Position numbers and translations under genes: made by a program
Assembly (NCBI RefSeq): GCF_006345805.1
Contig: NW_021834553.1
Coordinates: 1-64,000 of the forward strand
Reading direction: 5' to 3'
Length of the DNA: 64,000 nt
DNA from: Octopus sinensis
Lineage: Eukaryota
In this document: positions 40,312-53,100 of the stretch, piece by piece
Layout of the letters: the number at the start of each line of letters is the position of its first letter
How positions within the stretch are numbered: the first letter of the stretch is position 1
The notes under the pieces: generated by a model
The model's input: only the letters and a program-made list of their open reading frames with translations
What the model was told of the DNA's origin: nothing
The model's database searches: none

Positions 40312-40348
<37 letters not shown>

Positions 40349-40519
40349 CAGCCAAACTGTCCAACCCATGCCAGCATAGAAATCAGAAACTAATCGAAGT
40401 TATACAAACACACATAAATATATACACACACACAAATGTATGTATATATATATGCACACACACACATACATATAAATATACCCACACATACATATATATA
40501 TACACACACACACACATAT

Positions 40520-40711
40520 ATATGTGACCTCGTGTGTACCATTGGCGATTTTTTTTCCTCTGTCTTCCCTTCTCTGGATCTTTCCGACGAAGAGCTCCGC
40601 TCGAAACATTAAACCCTCCTTCTTTCCTTCTTTCCTGAGCGTCCAATAATACTATATTTGTTCCACGTCCTCGCGTTGTGTTTTTTTGTGCTTTCTTGTT
40701 TGGATTAACTT

Positions 40712-40720
<9 letters not shown>
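40520..40720 (+). mobile_element. Penelope-like terminal fragment, related family
   Basis: ccgacgaagagctccgctcgaaac...cctcc...tcctgagcgtccaataatac...ttgttccacgt; the same block recurs at 63845-64000. Confidence 0.5.
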
Positions 40721-40772
<52 letters not shown>

Positions 40773-41192
40773 CAAATATATATACACAATATACAAATAT
40801 ATACACAAACATATATATAAATTATATACACACACACACATATATATATATCATCATCATCATCATCATCATCATTTAACGTCGCTTCCATGCTAGCATG
40901 GTTGGACGGTTCAAACTGGGGTCTGGGGAGCCCGAAAGCTGCACCAGTCCAGTCAGATCTGGCAGTGTTTCTACAGCTGGATGCCCTTCCTAACGCCTAT
41001 ATATATATATATAAATATACACACACGCATGCACACACACACATATATAATAAATATATATAACACATATCAATATAACACACACACCCCATATATAAGA
41101 TATAAAATATACACACTCACACATATATATATACATATATACTAACACAACAACAACAATAATAATAATGATGATAATAATAATAATAACAA

Positions 41193-41223
<31 letters not shown>

Positions 41224-41731
41224 ATAATAATAATAATAATAATAAAATAATAATAATAATGATAATAATGATAATAATAATAATAAAATAATAATAATAA
41301 TAATAATAAATAATAACAACTAATAATGATAATAATGAATAATATAATAATAATAATAATAATAATAATCATAATAAATAATAATAATAATAAAATAATA
41401 ATAATAATGATAATAATGATAATAATAATAATAATAATAATAATAAAATAATGGTAGCAAACAATAACAAACAAAAACAAAGGCAAATGCAAATATGAAT
41501 GATGCATGGGAAGGGAGGGTGGTCCCGCAAGATTTGAAAAAGCAGGGTAGATGTGCAGCTGGGGAATTAGGGAGAGAGAGAGAGAGAGAGAGAGGCAGGG
41601 TAGGTGTTAGAAGCTGGATGCAAGAAAATAACAAAATAATAAAAAGTAGAAATAGAACAAGAAAAAAACAGGTAAAAACACAGGGGAAGGGGTGGGTTGC
41701 ATTAGGGAAGATCAACAACAACAACAATATA

Positions 41732-41767
<36 letters not shown>

Positions 41768-41769
<2 letters not shown>

Positions 41770-42132
41770 TCTTTTACTTGTTTCAGTCATTTTGACTGTG
41801 GCCATGCTGGAGCACCGCCTTTAGTCAAGCAAATCAACTCCAGGACTTATTCTTTGTAAGCCCAGTACTTATTCTGTCGGTCTCTTTTGCCGAACCGCTA
41901 ACACACCATCATCGGTGGTCAAGCAATGTTGGAGCGGACACACACACACACATATATATATATACATATATACGACAGGCTTCTTTCAGTTTCCGTCTAC
42001 CAAATCCACTCACAAGGCATTGGTCGGCCCGGGGCTATAGTAGAAGACACTTGCCCAAGATGCCACGCAGTGGGACTGAACCCGGAACCATGTGTTTGGT
42101 AAACAAGCTACTTACCACACAGCCTCTCCTAT
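41768..42132 (-). mobile_element. SINE family A
   Basis: Consensus match. Confidence 0.9.
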
Positions 42133-42137
42133 ATAAC

Positions 42138-42175
<38 letters not shown>

Positions 42176-42799
42176 AGGGTTGGCCAAAAGTCACCTGACA
42201 GTAAATCAAGATTCCCTAAATACAATCAGTAATTCTGTATTTACTCGAATGGGAAAAATGTGTCGATGAAGAAGGACTTCAGTTTGAACAATTTTCCTAA
42301 TGTTTCGTATTTAGATACTTTTCTTAAATTTATTCAGTTGTTAAACGTAAATAAATCTTGGAATTAAATGGTTTTGATTTACTGTCGGGTGACTTTCGGC
42401 CAACCCTGTATGTATATGTGTATAAATATATATATATAATAAATTTCTAAAATCTCCGACGAAGCCTAGAGAAACACCCAAGTACCTCAATTTCTTCTAC
42501 TAATTACTTCAGTCTACTGGAGTGATAAAGGTAAAATGAGGTAATTTTTCCTCTTGGCTGAAACAGCTGTAAGGTATTTTCCTAATTTCTATTCCTGTAT
42601 GTTATATATTTTAATAATCACTGCTATCTTTATATTATATTATATTATATTATATATGTAAAGCATAATATGTTATACATGTATGTATATTGTTGTAATT
42701 GTCATTTTAGTAATTAAATAAATAAATTGACATAATATAATGTCTAAAAGTTGATGAACCACCTATTGATCACTTTTAGCTTGATATATCATAATCATC

Positions 42800-43310
42800 A
42801 TCGTTTGACGTCTACTTTCCATGCTAGCATGGGTTGGACGATTTTGACTGAGGGCTGGCAAACCAGATGGCTGCACCAGGCTCCAATCTTGATCTGGCAG
42901 AGTTTCTACAGCTGGATGCCCTTCCTAATGCCAACCACTGCGAGAGTGTAGTGGGTGCTTTTATATATATGTGTATATATATATATCATCATCATCGTTT
43001 AACGTCCGCTTTCCATGCTGGCATGGGTGGGATGGTTTGACTGAGGACTAGTGAACCAGATGGCTGCACCAGGCTCCAGTCTGATCTGGCAGTGTTTCTA
43101 CAGCTGGATGCCCTTCCTAACGCCAACCACTCCGAGAGTGTAGTGGGTGCCTTTTACGTGCCACCGGCACAGGGGCCAGGTGAGGCTGGCAACGGCCACG
43201 ATTGGTTGGTGCTTTTAACATGCCACCGGCACGGAAGCCAGTCAAGGCGGCGCTGGCATCGACCACGTACGGAAGGTGCTTTTTACGTGCCACCGGCACA
43301 GGTGCCAAAA
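42800..43310 (-). mobile_element. Two adjacent RTE-tail elements (family D)
   Basis: Two tails starting at about 42810 and 42985. Confidence 0.75.
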
Positions 43311-43924
43311 TAATAACAATATATTTTGGCACAGGACCAGCAATTTTGGGGGCAGGGAGCAATTCAGTTACATTGGAACCCCCCATCCCCAGTATTTGAC
43401 AGGTACATTTATTTTATCAACCCCCCCCCGCAAAAAAAAAACAGAGGTGAAAGGGGGGAAAAACAATTTATACAACAACATAAACAAGAATAATAATATT
43501 AACAATCAAAAAAAAATTAATAATAATAATAATAATAATAACAATGATAATATTGATAATGTTAACAATAACAACAAGAATATTAAGTAGTAATAGTAGT
43601 AGTAGTAGTTCTAGTAAATTGTAGTAGTAGTAGTAGTAGTAGTAGTTCTAGGAAATTGTAGTAGTAGTGGTAGTAGTAGTAGTAGCAGTGGTGGTAGTAG
43701 TAGTAGAAGTAGTAGTAGTAGTAGTAGTTCTAGTAAATTGTAGTAGTAGTAGTTCTAGTAAATTGTAGTAGTAGTAGTAGTAGTAGCAGTGGTGGTAGTA
43801 GTAGTAGAAGTAGTAGTAGTAGTAGTAGTAAGTGACTTACCAATATTGTGTCAATAACAAACAAAATAAATAAAGAAAACCGCAGTGAGGGGAAGAGGAG
43901 GAAAAGCAACAACTAAAGAAGGTT

Positions 43925-43944
43925 AAGAGTTAAAGAGAGAGGGG

Positions 43945-43987
<43 letters not shown>

Positions 43988-44950
43988 AAGGTTTGAAAGA
44001 CAGACAGACAGGTAAATAGGTAAACAGATGGAGAGACAAATAGATGGTGGGAGGGCAGAGGAACAGAGAGAGACAGACAGACAGACACAAACATATATAC
44101 ATATATAGAGGGACGGACGGACGGACGGACGGACGGACAGACAGATAGAGATAGATAGATAGATAGGTAGGTTGATGGATGGATGGATGGATGGATGAAT
44201 GGACAGACAGACAGATACTTATATACATACATACGTATGTAAGTATGTACATACATATATATACATATGTATGTACGTACATAGACAGAGAGATGGATGG
44301 ATGGAAAGAGAGTGAGAGACAAGGGTAGGCAGATAGAGTGATAAGCAGAGAAACAGAAAGAGATAAAGAGAAAGAGAGAGAGGGAGACAAACAGACAGAG
44401 AAATAGAGACACACGCAGATGGAGAGATAGGTAGATAGAGAAATCAACTGAGAGAGAGAGAGAGACTGAAAGAGAGAAAGGTAGAGAGATAGAAAAATAC
44501 TGACAGACAGAGAGAGACAGAGGGAGAGAGAGGGAGAGAGAGAGAGAAAGGAAGAGAGAAGGAGACAGACAGACAGAGAGAGACAGACAGAAGGAGAGAG
44601 AGGGAGAGAGACAGAGAGAGAGAAAGAGATGAAGAGAGAGAGAGAAAGAGATGAAGAGAGAGAGAGAGAAAGAGATGAAGAGAGAGAGAGAGAAGAGAGA
44701 AAGAGAAAGGAGAGAGAGGAAAAGAGAAAGAGAGAAGGAAGAGAGAGGAGAAGAAAGAGAGAGAGAGGGAGAAAGGAAGAGAGAGAGAGAGGGAGAAAGG
44801 AAGAGAAAGGAGAGAGAGAGAGAGAGAGAGGGAGAGAGAGCAAAAGAGAGATAGAGAGAAGAAGAGAAAGAGGGAGGCAGAGACAGAGGAAAAGAGAAAG
44901 AGGGAGAGAAAGCGAGAGAGAGAGAGAGAGAGAGAGAGAAGAGTGTGTTA
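43925..44950. repeat. Purine-rich (GA)n/(GACA)n field, which is a polypyrimidine tract in the pre-mRNA
   Basis: Seen directly. Confidence 0.95.
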
Positions 44951-45003
44951 GTAGGTGAGAAAGCAACCAGCACCTGTTCCCATATCGGATGTTTGCTGAG
45001 TAC

Positions 45004-45097
45004 CTGCTAGAAGTTTGGTAAAATCTGCCTCATAGTCCCGCACGAACACAGATTCCCTGGCAATACCGGCACCGAAGGACTGCATTATCGCTGCGAT
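45004..45097 (-). CDS. ANKS1B: ANKS1-like candidate alternative exon B (IAAIMQSFGAGIARESVFVRDYEADFTKLLA+G), phase 0 to 1
   Basis: Acceptor tttccattctag|ATC and donor GCAG|gtactc; 94 nt open. A second in-phase donor lies at 44974. The final G plus CC of the next exon gives Ala in frame. Confidence 0.75.
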
Positions 45098-45499
45098 CTA
45101 GAATGGAAGAAGAGCAGAGGAGACATGCGGTGAGCATGCAAGATGTTCGGAAGCAAAGGGTAGGTTGGTTGGTAATTTGGTGGATTTGGAAGGTTTTGGT
45201 GGATGCATGAAGAAACCGTTAGACAGGACAGATTTAAAGATAACTGGAAATATATATATATACAGATGGTCAGATAGGTAGATGGTTAAATAGACAGATA
45301 TACGGATTGTTAGAAAAAAATAAGCAGAAAAATTGTATAGAATTTGATGCTTTATAGGACATAAATGCAGAACACTGATGAGGTGAAATGCATCATTGCA
45401 TTATGTTCTACAGGTATTATGTAATTATGTCAACAATTATGTAGAAACACGTGTATGTCCTATAAAGCATTGAAAACTATATCTGCTTTCTGCCTGTTA

Positions 45500-46620
45500 C
45501 TATGCCAAGTAGATAGATGGATAAATAGATAAAATATAGAGATTGTTAGGAATAATAAGCAGAAAACTTGTATAGAATTCGATGCTTTATAGGACATAAA
45601 CGCATTCCAGCAGAACACTAATGAGGTGTGATGCATCATTGCATAATGTTCTACAGGTATTATGTAATTACTTCAACAATTATGTAGAAACATGTGTATG
45701 TCCTATAAAGTATTGAAAACCATATCTGCTTTCTGCCTATAACTATGATTGTTCCTATTTGGCTAATATTCCACACAAGGTTGATGCCTGTGGAAATGAC
45801 CAGATAGATAAATGGATAAATAGACAGATATAAATATAGAGAGATTGTTAGGAATAATAAGCAGAAAACTTGTATAGAATTCGATGTTTTATAGGACATA
45901 AACGCATTCCAGCAGAACACTAATGAGGTGTGATGCATCATTGCATAATGTTCTACAGGTATTATGTTATTACTTCAACAATTATGTAGAAACACGTGTA
46001 TGTCCTATAAAGCATTGAAAACCATATCTGCTTTCTGCCTATTACTATGATTGTTCCTATTTGGCTAATATTCCACACAAGGTTGATGCCTGTGGAAATG
46101 ACCAGATAGATAAATGGATAAATAGACAGATATAAATATAGAGAGATTGTTGGGAATAATAAGCAGAAAACTTGTATAGAATTCAATGTTTTATGGGACA
46201 TAAACGCATTCCAGCAGAACACTAATGAGGTGTGATGTATCATTGCATAATGTTCTACAGGTATTATGTTATTACTTCAACAATTATGTAGAAACACGTG
46301 TATGTCCTATAAAGCATTGAAAACCATATCTGCTTTCTGCCTATAACTATGATTGTTCCAGGTTGATGCCTGTGGAAATGACCAAGTAGATAGATGGATA
46401 AATAGATAGATATAAATATAGAGAGATTGTTAGGAATAATAAGCAGAAAACAACTATGGTATTCAATGCTTTATAAGACATAAACACATGACAGCAAGAC
46501 ACTGATGAGTTGTGATGCAACATTGCATAATGTCCTACAAGTGTTACGCAATTACTTCAGCAGTTTATAGAAATATGTGTATGTCCTATAAAACACAGAA
46601 TACCATATCTGTTTTCTGCC
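45500..46620. repeat. Tandem repeat, unit about 300 bp, 3-4 copies
   Basis: gattgttaggaataataagcagaaaac recurs at about 45541, 45843, 46144 and 46425. Confidence 0.9.
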
Positions 46621-46844
46621 TATTATTATGATTATTTCGATTATCTGACGGTATTTAAACGCATTAACCTATCGTACTACACTGGATTCTGCAAGTGCAG
46701 TGTGGAAAACATGACTTAGCCAGGTTTTTGCTTGCATGTTGCACTTTGCTCTGATATAGATTGGTAGAAGCAGACAACTAGGGACATGGATGAATAGATA
46801 TATAGATGGTTAGATGTGTGTGTGTGTGTTGTATTTACTTATGT

Positions 46845-47231
46845 GTTCTTTTACTTGTTTCAGTCATTTGACTGTGGCCATGCTGGAGCACCACCTTTAA
46901 TCGAGCAACTCGACCCCGGGACTTATTCTTTTGTAAGCCTGGTACTTATTCTATCGGTTTCTTTGGCCGAACCGCTAAGTTACGGGGACGCAAACACACC
47001 AGCATCGGTTGTCAAGCAATGCTAGGGGGACAAACACAGACACACAAACACATATATATATATATACGATGAGCTTCTTTCAGTTTCCGTCTACCAAATC
47101 CACTCACAAGGCTTTGGTCGGCCCGAGGCTATAGTAGAAGACACTTGCCCAAGGTGCCACGCAGTGGGACTGAACCCGGAACCATGTGGTTGGTAAACAA
47201 GCTACTTACCACACAGCCACTCCTGCGCCTA
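46845..47231 (-). mobile_element. SINE family A
   Basis: Consensus match. Confidence 0.9.
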
Positions 47232-47727
47232 GTATGTTATATTATTTTTTAGTTAATTGTAACTGAAAAAAAGCTGAGAGGTGACTTATAGACACGTAAA
47301 TATAGTATATTAATTCATAATTCTCACCAAGCAGGGGATGCATTTAATCCCCGGGGGGTAAAAATTTCCATGGTAGGTGTTAAACAAACCATAGCTCGTT
47401 ATAGATCAGTATTTAATGAACAAAGTTTAATGAAAAATATTTTTTAAAAGGTATGCAGTTTTGTAGCAGTTGGGGATAAATTTTAAACCTTCAAACGGAA
47501 AAATTTCAATGGAGATGATTGAATAAACCCTATCTGATCATGTTGTTGCACAATCTACAAAGTTTATTGAAAAAAAAACTTTAAATAAGTCTAATTTTGC
47601 TGCTAAGAGAGGTAGGGGGGGGGGTGTCAGAAATTCAAAAATGGGGTTGTATGTAATCTTTGGGGTTAAACATTTCTATGGCAGGGAGTAAATATATCAT
47701 ACTTGATCACACATTAGTATTTAAACT

Positions 47728-47929
47728 CTCTCTTTACTTGTTTCAGTCATTTGACTGCGGCCATGTTGGAGCACCGCTTTTAGTCAAGCAAATCGACCCC
47801 GGGACTTATTCTTTGTAAGCCCAGTACTTATTCTATCGGTCTCGTTTGCAGAACCGCTGAGTGACGGGGACGTAAACACACCAGCATCGGTTGTCAAGCA
47901 ATGCTAGGGGGACAAACACAGACACACAA

Positions 47930-47974
<45 letters not shown>

Positions 47975-48140
47975 TACGATGGGCTTCTTTCAGTTTCCAT
48001 CTACCAAATCCACTCACAAGGCATTGGTCGGCCCGGGGCTACAGTAGAAGACACTTGCCCAAGATGCCACGCAGTGAGACTGAACCCGGAACCATGTGGC
48101 TGGTTAGCAAGCTACTTACCACACAGCCACTCCTGCGCCT
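47728..48140 (-). mobile_element. SINE family A
   Basis: Consensus match; head-to-head with the next copy. Confidence 0.9.
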
Positions 48141-48399
48141 AAAACTAGAAATTTTATTGAAAAATATTTTTTTAAAGGGTTAAATTTTATAACAAGGGTG
48201 TAATTGAGGGCAAATTTTAACCTTTGTGAATAAAATTTCCATGGAACAATCTACAAAGTTTATTGAAAAATATTTTAAAATATTACTTAATTTTGTAGAA
48301 AGGATGGTATTATGTGTTAGAAATTCACTAATATGAGTGGTTTTTAACTTTCTGGGAGTAAAAATTTCTAGGCCAGCAGGTAAATTAATTATAACACAT

Positions 48400-48800
48400 C
48401 AGGAGTGGCTGTGTGGTAAGTAGCTTGCTAACCAACCACATGGTTCTGGGTTCAGTCCCACTGCGTGGCACCTTGGGCAAGTCTCTTCTGCTATAGCCCC
48501 GGGCCGACCAATGCCTTGTGAGTGGATTTGGTAGACGGAAACTGAAAGAAGCCTGTCGTATATATGTATATATATATAAGTGTGTGTGTATATGTTTGTG
48601 TGTCTGTGTTTGTCCCCCTAGCATTGCTTGACAACCGATGCTGGTGTATTTACGTCCCCGTCACTTAGCGGTTTGGCAAAAGAGACCAATAGAATAAGTA
48701 CTGGGCTTACAAAAGAATAAGTCCCGGGGTCGATTTGATCGACTAAAGGCGGTGCTCCAGCATGGCCGCAGTCAAATGACTGAAACAAGTAAAAGAGTAA
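48400..48800 (+). mobile_element. SINE family A
   Basis: Consensus match. Confidence 0.9.
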
Positions 48801-49319
48801 TACATTAGTACAGAATCTAAAAATTTTATTGAAAAACATTTCTACAAATGACCGAATTTTGCAGCAAGGATTCAATATGGGGCGAATTTTAACCCCTGGA
48901 ATTGAAATCTTCTCTGGAGGGAGCTAAATATTGATCGTACGTTGTTACATACTCTACAAACTATTAAAATACTGTGACCTAATTTTGCTGTAAGGGTGTA
49001 TAAATGTCAGAAATTCACAGACAGGAGTGAATTTAACCCCCTGGGGTTAAAAAAATTCTACAGCAGAGAGTAAACGAACAAAACTAATTTTGCAGCAACG
49101 AGATATATATATTCTTTTTTTATTATTCTTTTACTTGTTTCAGTCATTTGATGGCAGCCATGCTGGAGCATCGCCTTAAAGGGGTTTTAAATTGTAGAAA
49201 TCGATTCCAGAACTTATACTTTGTAAGCCTAGTGCTTATTCTATCAGTCTCTTTTGTCGACCCGCTAAGTTAGAGGGACATCAAGCAATGACCAGGGGAC
49301 AAACACACACACACAAATA

Positions 49320-49797
49320 TATACATACATATACATACATACATATATAATATATATATATATATATACATATATACATACATATACATATACATACATA
49401 CATATATATACATACATACATATACATATATATATACATACATACATATATATACATACATACATATACATATATATACATACATTGCCAAATTAGACTG
49501 GAGCCTGGTGCAGCCTTCTGGCTTCCCAGAACCCCGGTCGAACCGTCCAACCCATGCTAGCATGGAGAACGGACGTTAAACGACGATGATGATGATGACA
49601 TATACATATATATATACATACATACATATATATATACATACATACATATATATACATACATACATATATATATACATACATACATATATATACATACATA
49701 CATATACATATATATACATACATACATATACATATATATACATACATACATATACATATATATACATACATACATATATATACATACAAACATATAC

Positions 49798-49828
<31 letters not shown>

Positions 49829-49835
49829 CATATAC

Positions 49836-49866
<31 letters not shown>

Positions 49867-49873
49867 CATATAC

Positions 49874-49904
<31 letters not shown>

Positions 49905-50110
49905 CATATACATATATATATATATATACATACATATATATATACATACATACATATATATATATACATACATACATATATATACATACATACATATATA
50001 TATATATACATACATACATATATATATATATACATACATACATATACATACATACATACATACATATATATACATACATACACATACATATATATACATA
50101 TATATATATA
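49320..50110. repeat. (TACA/TA)n microsatellite flanking the LINE 5' junction
   Basis: Seen directly; interrupted by a short family D tail at about 49490-49600. Confidence 0.95.
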
Positions 50111-50112
50111 CA

Positions 50113-53100
50113 TGAGGTGGAGAGGAGGTTCTCTAGGTTTTCCTCACAGGCAAAGGACAGAGGTACAAGATTTCTGGGCTGGGAATACTGACGGAGTCGG
50201 GGTGGTGGGCATGCTTATCGCAAAAATGGGTAGATAAGGTAATCGAGGTAGTCAGAGTAAGTGACAGAATAATTAGAATAGATTAGTGCTCCACCATAGT
50301 TTAGCAACTATTAATCGGCCTATGCCCCTCAGCCAGGCTACCTGATGGACAGAAAGACTGTTTCTATGACACCCTACTGCAGACACATCATTGACGAACG
50401 ACAGGACCTTCTCTTTTTGGCTGGTGACTTCAATGGGCATGTTGGACGACGTGCTGGGGGCTTCCATGGCGTGCATGGAGGCTACGGTTATGTTCCGCAA
50501 CGAGAGGGAACCAGGCTGCTGAGGTTTCTGCGATGCGAATAGTCTTATGATTTGCAACACTAACTTCAGGAACCGACAAGCCACCTGGTCACCTACCGAT
50601 CGGGCCGCATACTAGCCAAATCGACTACATCCTTGCCAGAAAAAGGGAAAGATGCTGCTTATAAATGCCAAAACCTTCCCAAGTGAAGAATGCACCCCAC
50701 AACTAGACTGGTAGTTAGTGACTTTAGATCAGGACTAAGAGGGCGACTAGAAGACGACCAACATGGAGAAGAAGGGTCTGGAAGCTTAAAGACCCTGCGA
50801 ATGGACAGAGATTTAGAGATATGTTATTTGAAGCTTTAGACGAAATGGAAGGGAGTATAGCTACGCATGGGGTAAGAGACAACTGGACGCTTCTGGGGAC
50901 AACCTGCTGAAAGCCGCTGACCAGATCTGTGGCTGGTGCAAAGTCCCCTTAAGACCCAAAAAACGTGGTGGTGGAACAATATTGTTGACATGGCTATTAG
51001 ACAAAAGAAACAGGCTTGGAAGGCCTGGAAGAACGGTGGTAGCAGGGAAGTGTATCAGTCTGCCGAAGGGAAGCCAGGAGACAGTCTATCTAGCCAGAGG
51101 GAAGCAGAGAAGGAAAAATTTGCCAATGTCCTGCGTCGTGAGGATGAAAGACTTGAGGTATTTCGTGTTGCAAGACAGTGTGTGAGAGAGAATCGTGACG
51201 TGGTAGGGAGAAATGTGTTCGCAAGGAGGACGGTTCACTTGCACTTATGAGGGTGCAAAGAGAGAGACTTGGAGACGCCACTATGATAGGTTGCTGAATG
51301 AAGAAAATGAATGGGATAAAGAGAGTCTGCCGAATGTCGACCCAACAGAGGGACCAGCAATCCGAGTTAACAGTTCCTTAGTAGATAAGGCAATTAGAAG
51401 CATGAAAAGGAAAGCCCCAGGCCCATCAGGAATTACTGCAGATGCTCAAAATATCTGGGTGTGTCGGCTATAGCTTAGTCACCCGTATTTTAACCAGGTG
51501 ATACACGAGGGGGTCATACCCAATGACTGGTGTAGCAGCATAATAGTCAACTGCTACAAAGGTAAAGGCGACGCCCTAGAGACAAATAACTACAGGGGCA
51601 TCAAGCTGCTGGATCAGGTAATGAAGGTTACGGAGAGGGTTAGCCGAACTAATTAGAGAGAGTTACCTTAGATGATATGCAGTTTGGGTTCGTGCCAGGG
51701 AAAAGTACTACTGATGCTATATATCCTGGTAAGACAGCTGCAGGAGAAATACCTAGCCAAAGATAAGCCCTTGTACCTGGCTTTTGTTGACTTGGAGAAA
51801 GCCTTTGACAGGTCCCCCTCCCCCGGTCCCTTATCTGGGGGTCAATGAGGAAACTAGGGATAGAAGAAGGGTTGGTGAGAGCTGTGCAAGCCATGTACAG
51901 AGACGCTGCTAGTAAGGTGAGGGTGGGCAACGAGTACAGTGAAGAATTCCGGGTAGAGGTTGGGGTCCCCAAGGTTCAGTCCTCAGTCCCCTCCTATTTA
52001 TCATAGTCCTCCAGGCAATAACGGAGGAATCAAGACAGGTTGCCCCTTGGAGCTCCTCTATGCTGATGACCTTGCTCTAATTGCTGAGTCACTATCAGAA
52101 CTGGAGGAGAAGTTCCAGGTGTGGAAACAAGGATTAGAATCGAAGGGCCTTAGAATCAACCTAGCCAAAACCAAAGTTCTAATAAGTAGGAAGGTAGATC
52201 AATCACAAACGCCTTCAGTTAGATGGCCCTGCTCGATCTGTAAAAAGGTGTAGGTAGAAACTCTATAAGATGCACCAAGTGTAAGCTATGGACACATAAG
52301 AGGTGCAGCAATGTCAAAGGAGGCTAATAGGAAAATAGTTTTTGTCTGTGGCAAATGCTCAGGAGCAATAACACTGGAAATATGCAGAGACCAACTTCTG
52401 CCACGTTCCAGGGAGACAAACTAGAAGTAGTTGATAGCTTCCGCTACCTAGGAGACCAAGTCAGTAGCGGGGGTGGGTGTGCTGAAAGTGTAACTGCTAG
52501 AGTAAGAATAGCCTGGGCAAAGTTTAGAGAGCTCTTACCCCTGCTGGTGACAAAAGGCCTCTCGCTCAGAGTAAAAGGCAGACTGTATGATGCATGTGTA
52601 CGTACAGCCATGCTACATGGTAGTGAAACATGGGCCGTGACTGCTGAGGATATGCGTAAGCTCGCAAGAATGAAGCCAGTATGCTCCATGGATGTGTAAT
52701 GTCAGTGTTCATAATCGTCAGAGTGTAAGTTCCTTGAGAGAAAAGCTGAACCTAAGAAGCGTCAGTTGTGGCGTGCAAGAGAGACGGCTGCGCTGGTATG
52801 GTCATGTGACAAGAAAGGCTGAAGATAGTTTGTGCAAAAGTGCTACACCCTAGCAGTGGAGGGAACCTGTGGAAGAGGTAGACCCAGGAAAACCTGGGAC
52901 GAGGTGGTGAAGCACGACCTTCGAACTTTAGGTCTCACTAAGGAAATGTCTAAGACCGAGACCTATGGAAGTATGCTGTGCATGAGAAGACCCGGCAAGA
53001 CTAGTCAGGCCATAACCCGTGGCCCCGCCTGGGACGTAGTCAGTCCTGTGCATACCTTCCTTCTTGTGACACTTATGAAGACCTGTTGAGGCAAGTGAAA

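Noticed and set aside
42460-42570. Another hammerhead-like string (ccgacgaagcctagagaaac)
   Set aside because: Stem II does not pair and the motif is too degenerate to call.
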